In this document: piece by piece, positions 1 to 9,989 of the stretch
Layout of the letters: every line of letters starts with the position of its first letter
Numbering within the stretch: the stretch's first letter is position 1
From: Schizochytrium sp. TIO01
Lineage: Eukaryota > Protista > Bigyra: Labyrinthulomycetes
Assembly: GCA_004764695.1 (NCBI GenBank)
Contig: SMSO01000024.1
Span: 1 to 30,406, forward strand
DNA: 30,406 nt
Direction of reading: 5' to 3'
Notes under the pieces: generated by a model
The model's database searches: none
What the model saw: the letters and a program-made list of their open reading frames with translations, nothing else
Told to the model about the DNA's origin: nothing
Position numbers and translations under genes: made by a program

Positions 1-250
1 AACCTAACCTAACCTAACCTAACCTAACCTAACCTAACCTAACCTAACCTAACCTAACCTAACCTAACCTAACCTAACCTAACCTAACCTAACCTAACCT
101 AACCTAACCTAACCTAACCTAACCTAACCTAACCTAACCTAACCTAACCTAACCTAACCTAACCTAACCTAACCTAACCTAACCTAACCTAACCTAACCT
201 AACCTAACCTAACCTAACCTAACCTAACCTAACCTAACCTAACCTAACCT
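1..250 (-). repeat. Telomeric repeat (TTAGG)n, read as (AACCT)50 on +
   Basis: Perfect AACCT pentamer from base 1 to 250 at the window end; C-rich strand on +, as expected for a left chromosome end. Confidence 0.98.
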
Positions 251-420
251 AACATAACCTAACATAACCTAACATAACCTAACATAACCTAACATAACCT
301 AACATAACCTAACATAACCTAACATAACCTAACATAACCTAACATAACCTAACATAACCTAACATAACCTAACATAACCTAACATAACCTAACATAACCT
401 AACCTAACCTAACATAACCT
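251..420 (-). repeat. Proximal variant telomeric repeat (AACATAACCT)n, i.e. alternating TTATG/TTAGG
   Basis: 15 copies of the 10-mer at 251-400, one canonical AACCTAACCT at 401-410, one more variant at 411-420, then an abrupt junction to AT-rich DNA at 421. Confidence 0.95.
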
Positions 421-2249
421 ATTCTTATTCATCATATTTATTAATGGTTTTACAATAAAATTTTTAATGAAGAATTAAAAATATTTCTTTCAAAAAATAA
501 AAAGTTTTTATGCGCCTGCTGACATTCGTGGATATGGGAGACTTCAATAAGAATAGCATATAATATGATGGAAGTCCTTTGTCTAATTTGTAAAACTATT
601 TTCTCACCATAATTTAACCTTGATCTTCGATGTGTTGTGAAGCGTTCTAGTGGTGCTTGTATAAAATTTCTACCTATTTGATTGATAGAGTTATGACACT
701 ACAAAGTTTGCCTTTTCTCTTTATTAGTAATATGAGAAACTAAGAAATAACTTTCAAAGTGAAGAAAAACTTGAATAGAATTCTAAGTTTTCTTAATCAA
801 GATAGGTTTCCTGTCGTACATTTCAGCAGCTTTCCGATAGTATCATTCCATGATTAATAGGTGACTGATTGGTTGAGAAAATGAATCTTATGCTAACCAT
901 TTAATTGTATGTCCTCCTGACAATTAGAGTGATAACTAAGACCTTTTCCCTGGAGCTTGCAAAAAGCTTTTCTCTCATCGATCAAATGTGTCCATTTTAG
1001 CCATGTACAAGCTACCGAGTGGTTCTTGTGGAAAAGTTCTACCTACTTTTTTGATTGCGTTAAAACACTACTAAACTCGGTTCTTTCTCCTTATTAATAA
1101 TATGAGAAACTAAGAAATAACTTTCGAAAGTCAATAAAACATAAATAAAATTTTAATTTCTCTTAGCAAACGCTTATACCCTGTTGCAAATCGGCGCCTC
1201 TTTCCAAGGGTACCATTCGATGATTCATATAATACCCTGTTGTGGAGAAAATTAATCTTGTACTAAACATATCCTGCTAACAAATAGAGTGACAGTTTCA
1301 TGTTTTTTTCTCAATCTTGCAAGAATAATTTTTATCATAAATCAAATGCACGCATCTTAACAGTTCATGAACTATTGAATGGTGCTTGCAGCAAATCTCT
1401 GGCTATTGCATTGATAAAGTTAGAACACTACTAAACTCGGTTCTTCCCCCTTTTATTAATATGAAAGACCTAAAAATAAATTTCAAAGGTCAGTAAAAAC
1501 ATAATTATAATTTTATTTTTCTAAATCAACACATCTACCCTGTTCTAAATTGAAGCAGTTTTGCAACGGTACGACGCCATGATTAATATATCTCTCCGTT
1601 GTTGAGGAAATGAATATTATACTAATCATTTTATTCTTTATCCTGCCAACAAAAAGAGTAACAACTTAGACCTTGTTTTCTCAAACTTGAAAAAAGATTT
1701 CCTCTCATATATTAAATGCGGCCATCTCCACAATTCATGCGCTATCGAATGGGGTTTGCAGAAAAGTTCTTTTTATTCTACTCAAGGAGTTAGAACACTA
1801 CTAAACTCGGTTCCTTTCCCATATTAATAATATGAGAGACCAAAGAATAACTTTCAAAGGTCAATAAAGCTGTATGTTAAAAGATTTTTTTCTGAGAAAA
1901 TGCAGCGATCCTGTTGTAGAGCTTAACAGCTTTCCAACGGTATCACTGCATGATCAATATCTTTCTTCGTTGTTGAGAAAATGAATCCTAAAGTAGCAAA
2001 TGTTTTTTTTATCCTACCAATAAACAGAGTAACAACTTGGAGCTTCTTTTCTCAAGCTTGCAAAAATAATTGTATTCATAAATCAGACGCAGTTATCTTA
2101 ACAATTTAGGAGCTATCGAATGCTGCTTGTAGAAAAGTTCTGCCTGCTCTAGTAATAGAGTTAGAACACTTCTAAACTCGGTTCCTCCCCCTATTATTAA
2201 TATGAGAAACAAAGAAATATCTTTCAAAAGTCAATAAAACATAATCATA

Positions 2250-2718
2250 TGTTGTCTAGACGAATTGTTGGTCCCGAGTCGGGATAACAAGGAGTCTCCT
2301 GCCTTTCTAATCATACCTTTTACAGAGGTAGGGTTAGGGTAAAGGTCAAGCATTGGACAACGAAGAGTCTCTTAACTTTCTTATTATACCTTTTGCAGTA
2401 GTAGGGTTAGGGTAATGCTCGTGCATTATATACATGAACACGAGTATTAACCCATAATACCATTGTAAAAGTATCAAAGAACGTAGGAGAATCTTTATCA
2501 AGAAAACAAATATTCACTAAGGGACACATGGACTAAACACTAGTAGTTGCGGTTTTCCGCTCGGTGGCCGCCACTAATAAAGGACATGTGTAACAGAGAC
2601 TGAGTAGAAATAACTTCTTCACTGCCGGCAGTATGTCAGCAGACCTCAAACTATACAACCTCAACCTAAAAAGTAAACAACCTTTCGAGTCTCTGTCACT
2701 CTACAGCATTCAACAAAA
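2250..2718 (+). repeat. 5' LTR (469 bp; TGTTG...CAACA plus AAA)
   Basis: Starts TGTTGTCTAGACG, ends CATTCAACAAAA; direct repeat of 4893-5361. Confidence 0.95.
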
Positions 2719-2731
2719 GGTTATGGGCCCA
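2719..2731 (+). promoter_or_regulatory. Primer-binding site complementary to an internal (anticodon-arm) half of initiator tRNA-Met
   Basis: GGTTATGGGCCCA directly after the 5' LTR; this is the PBS type used by Drosophila copia and yeast Ty5. Confidence 0.9.
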
Positions 2732-2759
2732 AAGTACTCCCGCAGCATCCAGTCCAGAG

Positions 2760-2949
2760 CAGGAGGTGTCAGACCTTATAGACTTTCAGCAGGAGGTGCC
2801 CGATCTTATTAGCATTGATCAGGAGGTGCCTGATCTTATTAGCATTGATCAGGAGGTGCCTGATCTTATTAACATTGATCAGGAGGTGCCCGACGCTACC
2901 ATTATAGAGAAGGAGGTGCCCGATGTTACCATCATTGAGCAGGAGGTGG
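2760..2949 (+). repeat. 30-bp coding minisatellite (about 6.3 copies) encoding QEVPDLISID-like repeats
   Basis: CAGGAGGTG(CC) recurs every 30 bp at 2760, 2790, 2820, 2850, 2880, 2910 (AAGGAGGTG) and 2940. Confidence 0.93.
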
Positions 2950-4985
2950 ACTCTTCACAGAAACCACCGCGTAAGTATAAACAGAAACCGTCTTACTCCT
3001 CCGAGTTCAAGCAAGCTCTTCGTGAATTTGTTGATGCTGGTCCATTATACCCTGGACAAGTTCTACAAATAGCAAACAACAAATTCCATTGGGTAGATCC
3101 AATTCTTGGCGACGTCGACACCGGCTCTACAACAAGAAGTGGTAAAACCTTCCATCCAAGTTCCTCAACTTCAGCCCCAGCTTTATTGACGAAGGAGGTG
3201 AACAATCAGGAAGCTTCTACCTCAAACACTCACGTTTACGAGGACCCACGCAGACCTGTTCGCGAGCCTCGTCACGAAAGTGATCTTCGACTTTACAGCG
3301 ACTATGAGAAAGCTATGTGGAGGAAAACAGATGAAGAAGAAATGGCAAATCATGCAGCACAAGAAACCCTGCAAGAAGTCCCAAAGTCGGAGGTGCGTGG
3401 AAAAGTCTTAGATGTCATGAAGGTCTACAAGAAAAAGCCCGCAGACAACGAAGGGCGCCGTAGACTTAAGATGAGACTTGTTGTTCGCGGTGATCAAGAA
3501 CCAACCTCTGAACAAGAAGTAGCATCACCAGTTACAATGCCATCTTCCGTACGCATCCAAATTACCTTGGGTCTTACACAGGAACATGACTTTGCTATTT
3601 TCGACATTACAAGTGCTTTCCTCACTGCACCGGTACATGACAAAGACATTTTCATACGAGTACGGACTTTCTACGGTGAATACACTTACTATCGCCTTCT
3701 GAAATCTGTCTATGGCATCTCATCTGCTCCGCTAAGATTTTACAAAGAACTAGCGCATGCTTTTGATGCTTTTGGCTTAGCACCTTGCCCAGATGATGCA
3801 TGCCTTTTCCATCATAAGGGCCTGAACCTGACAGTGTCTACCCATGTCGATGATGGTCTAGTTTCTGGTCCTGCCTCGAGTGTCAAAGCTCTTGAAGGTC
3901 ATCTAAAATCATATTTTGGGAACGACAAAGTGGACTTCGAACATTTACCTGACAACAAACGTGTTCGATACCTTGGAGCGCATCTTACGATCAATCGAAG
4001 TTCCAAGATCGCTTTGTTAGATCATGCCGACTTTATTGAGGAACTTCTCGAAACTCATGGTCTTAACAATTGTCAACCACGCATCACTCCTGCATCTGCA
4101 AACCCGTTAACATTTCCTAAGGAGGCCAAAACTGATCCCCTTTATCAGTCATTGGTGGGAAGTCTTCAATGGGTAGTCAATACACGCCCCGACATTGCAT
4201 TTGCAGTTAAAGAACTTGGTAGACACAATCGTGCAGCAACCGAAGAACACTTTACAGCAGCCAAAGCTGTTTTACGTTACCTTGCTGGCACGAGCAACAT
4301 CGGGATAGTCTTACGAGGAGCCATACAACTTTCGGACATAAAGCTTGAAGCTTGGTGCGATGCCTCTTACGCGCCTTGCCCTTACACACGACGTTCTACA
4401 CTTGGCTACCTGCTAGCAGTTAATGGGTCTACCATTCTGACAAAGTCTAGTACAGAACGAACTGTGGCACTTTCCTCAACTGAGGCAGAACTCTACGCTG
4501 CGAACGAAGCCGCTAAAGCCATTATTTGGAACCGTCGCATCTTAGATTTTCTGGGCTGTCCCCAAGCTGATGCATCGCCACTATACACGGACAATCAAGC
4601 TATCATCCCTTTGATTCGAAACTTGAGCGTTGGCAACAACTCTAAGCATGTGGACATTCGCAGACACCATCTTCATCAACTTTTAGAGGACAACATCATT
4701 TCTCTATCTTATGAAAACACTCGGACCAATCCAGCTGACGTGTTGACCAAACACCTTAGTCGGGAGCTTCATCACTATCATATCTACCGCATCTGCCTTG
4801 CTTTTCTTGGGCACGTAACTCCCGGAGATACGGATCGCTCTGTATCTGCACTTCTAGGAACAAGGCTCACGTCTAAGAAGTTTGGGGAGGTGTGTTGTCT
4901 AGACGAATTGTTGGTCCCGAGTCGGGATAACAAGGAGTCTCCTGCCTTTCTAATCATACCTTTTACAGAGGTAGGGTTAGGGTAA
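2766..4985 (+). CDS. pol: Truncated copia pol: integrase-RT linker, reverse transcriptase (RVT_2) and RNase H; no gag, protease or integrase core
   Basis: RT motifs KMRLVVRGDQE, FDITSAFL, LLKSVYGISSAP, HVDDGL; RNase H motifs WCDASYA, VALSSTEAEL, YTDNQA, SKHVDIRRH, NPADVLTK. The ORF-track start is a GTG; the first in-frame ATG is at 3315. The frame runs about 90 bp into the 3' LTR. Confidence 0.92.
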   Translation: MSDLIDFQQEVPDLISIDQEVPDLISIDQEVPDLINIDQEVPDATIIEKEVPDVTIIEQEVDSSQKPPRKYKQKPSYSSEFKQALREFVDAGPLYPGQVLQIANNKFHWVDPILGDVDTGSTTRSGKTFHPSSSTSAPALLTKEVNNQEASTSNTHVYEDPRRPVREPRHESDLRLYSDYEKAMWRKTDEEEMANHAAQETLQEVPKSEVRGKVLDVMKVYKKKPADNEGRRRLKMRLVVRGDQEPTSEQEVASPVTMPSSVRIQITLGLTQEHDFAIFDITSAFLTAPVHDKDIFIRVRTFYGEYTYYRLLKSVYGISSAPLRFYKELAHAFDAFGLAPCPDDACLFHHKGLNLTVSTHVDDGLVSGPASSVKALEGHLKSYFGNDKVDFEHLPDNKRVRYLGAHLTINRSSKIALLDHADFIEELLETHGLNNCQPRITPASANPLTFPKEAKTDPLYQSLVGSLQWVVNTRPDIAFAVKELGRHNRAATEEHFTAAKAVLRYLAGTSNIGIVLRGAIQLSDIKLEAWCDASYAPCPYTRRSTLGYLLAVNGSTILTKSSTERTVALSSTEAELYAANEAAKAIIWNRRILDFLGCPQADASPLYTDNQAIIPLIRNLSVGNNSKHVDIRRHHLHQLLEDNIISLSYENTRTNPADVLTKHLSRELHHYHIYRICLAFLGHVTPGDTDRSVSALLGTRLTSKKFGEVCCLDELLVPSRDNKESPAFLIIPFTEVGLG
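4876..4892 (+). promoter_or_regulatory. Polypurine tract
   Basis: AGAAGTTTGGGGAGGTG-like purine-rich tract directly before the 3' LTR TGTTG at 4893. Confidence 0.8.
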
Positions 4986-5361
4986 AGGTCAAGCATTGGA
5001 CAACGAAGAGTCTCTTAACTTTCTTATTATACCTTTTGCAGTAGTAGGGTTAGGGTAATGCTCGTGCATTATATACATGAACACGAGTATTAACCCATAA
5101 TACCATTGTAAAAGTATCAAAGAACGTAGGAGAATCTTTATCAAGAAAACAAATATTCACTAAGGGACACATGGACTAAACACTAGTAGTTGCGGTTTTC
5201 CGCTCGGTGGCCGCCACTAATAAAGGACATGTGTAACAGAGACTGAGTAGAAATAACTTCTTCACTGCCGGCAGTATGTCAGCAGACCTCAAACTATACA
5301 ACCTCAACCTAAAAAGTAAACAACCTTTCGAGTCTCTGTCACTCTACAGCATTCAACAAAA
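4893..5361 (+). repeat. 3' LTR (469 bp)
   Basis: Same sequence as 2250-2718; followed by TSD TCATA. Confidence 0.95.
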
Positions 5362-7326
5362 TCATAATTTTATTTTTTTCTGAACCAACACATTTACTCT
5401 GTTGTAAATTTAAACAGCTTTCCAGCGGTACCACTCCATGATTAATATATTGCTTCATTATTGAGAAAATTAATCTTATACTAATCATTTTATTCTTTAT
5501 CCTGCCAACAAATAGAGTAACAACCTCGAGCTTTTTTACTCAAGCTTGCAAGCATGTTTTTTATCATAAATCAAATACTCACATCTTAACAGTTCATGCG
5601 CTATCGAGTGGGACTTGTGGCAAAGCTCTGTCTATTCTATTAATAGAGTTAGAACACTACTAAACTCGGTTTCTCTCCCTATTATTAATATGAGAGACAA
5701 AAAATTAACTTTCAAAGGTCAGTAAAAACACATGTTAAAAGTACTTTTCTGAGAAAACACGTCTAACCTCTTGAACAGAGACGCCACTTTCCAACGGTAC
5801 CACCTGATGATTAATATCTTCCCCCGTTGTTGAGAAAATGAACCTTATACTAATTTTCTGTCCTGCTCACAAATAGAGTAACAACTTGGAGCTTTCTTTC
5901 TCAAGCTTGAAAATATATTCTTTCTCACAAATCAAATGCAGGTATCTCACCAATTTATGTGCTATCAACTTATTCCTATAGCAAAGCTTTGGCTATTTTA
6001 TTGACAGAGTTAGAACACTACTAAACTCGGTTCTTTCCCCCTATTATTAATATGAGAGACCAAAGAATAACTTTCAAAGGTCAGTAAAAATAACTTTTAA
6101 AAATATTTTGCCAGAGAAAACCCATCTCCCCTGTCGTAAATTGGATATTCTTTCCAACGGTACCCCTCCATGATTAATATCTTTCCCCGTTGTTGAGAAA
6201 ATGAATCTTATACTCATCATTTAATTCTTTCTTTTGTTATTAAACAGAGTAACAACTTAGAGCTTCTTCTCTCAAGCTTGCAAGAAGCTTTTCTCTCATA
6301 AATCAAACGCGGCCATCTCAACAATTTATGCGCTATTGAGTGATGCTTATAGTAAAGTCCTTTCTATTCTGTTCATAGAGTTAGAACACTACTAAACTCA
6401 GCTCTTTCTCCATATCAATAATATGGGAGACTAAGAAATGTCTTTCAAAAGTCAATAAAACATACTTTAAATTTTGTTTTTTCTGAACCAACACATCTAC
6501 CCTGTTGCAAATGAAAACTGCTTTCCAACGGTACCACTCGATGATTAATATATTGCTCCATTGTTGAGAAAATGAATCTTATACTAAACATTTAATTCTT
6601 TCTTTTGTTATCAAATAGAGTAACAACTTAGAGCTTCTTTTCTCAAGCTTGCAAGAAGCTTTTCTCTCATAAATCAAACGCGGCCATCTCAACAATTTAT
6701 GCGCTATTGAGTGGTTCTTCTAGAAAAGTTCTGCTTACTCTACTCATAGAGTTAAAACACTACTAAACTCGGTTCCTTCCCCCTATTAATAATATGAGAG
6801 ACAAAAAATAAACTTTCAAAGGTCAGTAAAACTATATGTTTAAAGTATTTTTTCGGAGAAATCACATCTACCCTGTTGTAATTTCAAACAGCTTGCCAAT
6901 GGTACCACTCCATGATTTATATATTTCCCCGTTGTTGAGAAAATGCATCTTATACTAATCATTTATTTATTTCTTTTGTTATCAAATAAAGTGACAACTT
7001 AGAGCTTCTTTTCTCAAGCTTGCAAGAAGCTTTTCTCTCATAAATCAAATGCACTCATCTCAAATATTTATGCGCTATCGAAAGATTCTTCCAGAAAAGT
7101 TCTGCTTACTCTACTCATAGAGTTAAAACACTACTAAACTCGGTTCCCTCCCCCTATTAATAATATGAGACACAAAAAATAATCTTTCAAAGGTCAGTAG
7201 AAAAACATTTTAAGAATATTTCAGCTAAGCAAACACCTCAACCCTGTTGTAAATTGCCCCAGCTTTCCAACGGTACCACTCCATGATTTATATACCTCCC
7301 CGTTGTTGAGAAAATGCATCTTATAC

Positions 7327-7795
7327 TTTTGTTGAATGCTGTAGAGTGACAGAGACTCGAAAGGTTGTTTACTTTTTAGGTTGAGGTTGTATAGTTTGAG
7401 GTCTGCTGACATACTGCCGGCAGTGAAGAAGTTATTTCTACTCAGTCTCTGTTACACATGTCCTTTATTAGTGGCGGCCACCGAGCGGAAAACCGCAACT
7501 ACTAGTGTTTAGTCCATGTGTCCCTTAGTGAGTATTTGTTTTCTTGATAGAGATTCTCCTACGTTCTTTGATACTTTTACAGTGGTATTATGGGTTAATA
7601 CTCGTGTTCATGTATATAATGCACGAGCATTACCCTAACCCTACTACTGCAAAAGGTATAATATGAAAGTTAAGAGACTCTTTGTTGTCCAATGCTTGAC
7701 CTTTACCCTAACCCTACCTCTGTAGAAGGTATGATTAGAAAGGCAGGAGACTCCTTGTTATCCCGACTCGGGACCAACAATTCGTCTAGACAACA
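7327..7795 (-). mobile_element. Solo LTR of the same copia family, inverted
   Basis: Reverse complement of the LTR with about 6 substitutions by eye; flanked by TSD TATAC (7322-7326 / 7796-7800) inside the host repeat motif CTTATACTAATC. Confidence 0.95.
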
Positions 7796-8940
7796 TATAC
7801 TAATCATTTATTTATTTCTTTTGTTATCAAACAGAGTGACAACTTAGAGCTTCTTTTCTCAAGCTTGCAAGAACATTTTTTCTCATAAATTAAATGCACT
7901 CATCTGAACACTTCATAAACTATCGAATGATGGTTGTAGAAAAGCTCTGTCGATTGTATTTATAGAGATACAACACTACCAACCCAGTTCCTTCCCCCTA
8001 TTTATAATATGAGAGACAAAAAAAATAATTTTTAAAGGTCAGTAAAATGCATGTTAAAAGTATTTTTTCTGAGAAAACACATTCAATCTGTTGGAAATTC
8101 AACCAGCTTTCCAATAGTACACTTCAATAATTAATATATTATCCCGTTGTTAAGAAAATGAATCTTATACTAACCATTTAATTCTCGGTCCTGCCAATAA
8201 ACAGAGTAATAACTTGGAGCTTCTTTTCTCAAGCTTGACAGGGTCTGTTTTCGCACAAATCAAATTCGGGCATCTCAGCAATTCGTGTTCTAGCAAGAGG
8301 TGCCTATAGCAAAGTTCTTTCTATTCTATTCATAGAGTTAGAGCACTACTAAACTCAGTTCTTTCTCCCTATTAATGATATGGGCGACTAAGAAATAACT
8401 TTCAAAGGTCAGTAAAAATAAATTTTAAAAATATTTCGCCTGAGAAAACACATCTACCCTGTTGCCAATTAAAGCTGCTTTCCAACGGTACCACCTGATG
8501 AGTAATATCTTTCCCCGTTGTTGAGAAAATGAACCTTATACTAATCATTTTGCTGCTCACAAATAGAGTGCCAACTTAGAGCTTCTTTTCTCAGGCTTGC
8601 AAGAAGAGTTTCTCTCATAAATCAAATGCACCCACTTTAACTATTATTCAGCTATCCGACGGTGTTTGTAGCAAAGTTCTGTCTATTATATGCATAGATT
8701 TACAACACTACTAAACTTGTTCCCTCCCCCTATTAATAATATGAGAGACCAAGAAATAACATTCAAAGGTCAATAAAAATAAATTTTAAACATATTTCGC
8801 CTGAGAAAACACATCTCGCCTATTGTAAATCTTAACAGCTTTCCAACGGTACCACCTGATGATTAGTATCTTTAGTGGTTAATGAAATATTGTCCCTTGT
8901 GAGGATCCATCAACTGCTTGTTTAAATAAAGTGATAAGTA

Positions 8941-9965
8941 GGAGCTTCTTTTCGCAAGCTTGAAAACATATTTTCTCGCAACGATTTTATAACTATCCTG
9001 TGGTAACAACGACGCACTTCCCGACGGTGCTTATCGAAAAGACCTAACAATTTTATCAAGAAAGTTATAGCAGTACTAAGTTTAGTTCTTTTCTCTTATT
9101 AATATTATGGAAGAGTAACATTTTCTTTTAAAAGTTCGAAAAATACTTTCAAAGATTTGTTTTTTCGCACTCCTGCCATCATCCGTATTTTATATTGCTT
9201 GCGCTTTCTACTGATCCAAATATTTAAATGATCAATAAAGTACTTGTGGAGATAATGGGGTTTTGAAGAAGTGGGAGGCTGCTGCCAAATTCCTGGAAGG
9301 GTATTTTCTCATAATTTTAGAATGATTTCCTCTTGAGAACTTCAATAGTATAGCTCTCCATAAATTTTCTGATCTAATGGTGCAAAAATAACATGTGTCT
9401 TTCAAGTAGTTGTCGAGAAAATATGTCTTTCTTTCTTTCGATAATCCATCAGTTGTCTGATAAAGTGATCACTTGGAGCTTCTTTCCGCAAGCTTGAAAA
9501 GATATTTCTTCGCAACGATTTTATAACTATCCTGTGGTAACAACGACGCACTTCCCGACGGTGCTTATCGAAAAGACCTAACAATTTTATCAAGAAAGTT
9601 ATAGCAGTACTAAGTTTAGTTCTTTTCTCTTATTAATATTATGGAAGAGTAACATTTTCTTTTAAAAGTTCGAAAAATACTTTCAAAGATTTGTTTTTTC
9701 GCACTCCTGCCATCATCCGTATTTTATATTGCTTGCGCTTTCTACTGATCCAAATATTTAAATGATCAATAAAGTACTTGTGGAGATAATGGGGTTTTGA
9801 AGAAGTGGGAGGCTGCTGCCAAATTCCTGGAAGGGTATTTTCTCATAATTTTAATGATTTCCTCTTGAGAACTTCAATAGTACAGCTCTCCATAAATTTT
9901 CTGATCGAATGGTGCAAGAATAACGTATATCTCTCAAGTAGTTGTCGAGAAAATATGTCTTTCTT
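8941..9965. repeat. Subtelomeric repeat family B, about 533-bp unit, 2 near-identical copies
   Basis: CAACGATTTTATAACTATCCTGTGGTAACAACGACGC at 8979 and 9512; long identical stretches follow. Shares GGAGCTTCTTT..CAAGCTTGAAAA with family A. Confidence 0.9.
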
Positions 9966-9989
9966 TATTTATTCTGAGTTAAACTAAAA

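Larger units (their letters stand above)
2250..5361 (+). mobile_element. Ty1/copia LTR retrotransposon, internally deleted (RT-RNase H only), recent insertion
   Basis: Two LTRs that look identical by eye (2250-2718 and 4893-5361), 5-bp TSD TCATA (2245-2249 / 5362-5366), PBS at 2719, PPT before 4893, copia-type RT/RNase H ORF. Confidence 0.96.
480..8940. repeat. Subtelomeric tandem repeat family A, about 360-372 bp unit, about 13-14 diverged copies (LORE-TEARS-like telomere-rDNA spacer)
   Basis: Marker ACTACTAAACTCGG or close variants recur near 697, 1068, 1428, 1798, 2168, 5657, 6018, 6389, 6759, 7130, 7975, 8346, 8707. Spacing is 360-372 bp once the two LTR insertions are subtracted. Other recurrent blocks: TTCCAACGGTACCAC, GTTGAGAAAATGAATCTTATACT, CTCAAGCTTGCAA. 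Boundaries approximate. Confidence 0.92.

Noticed and set aside
7221-7412. 63-aa minus ORF MSADLKLYNL...
   Set aside because: LTR-internal ATG of the solo LTR reading into flanking repeat DNA; not an independent gene.
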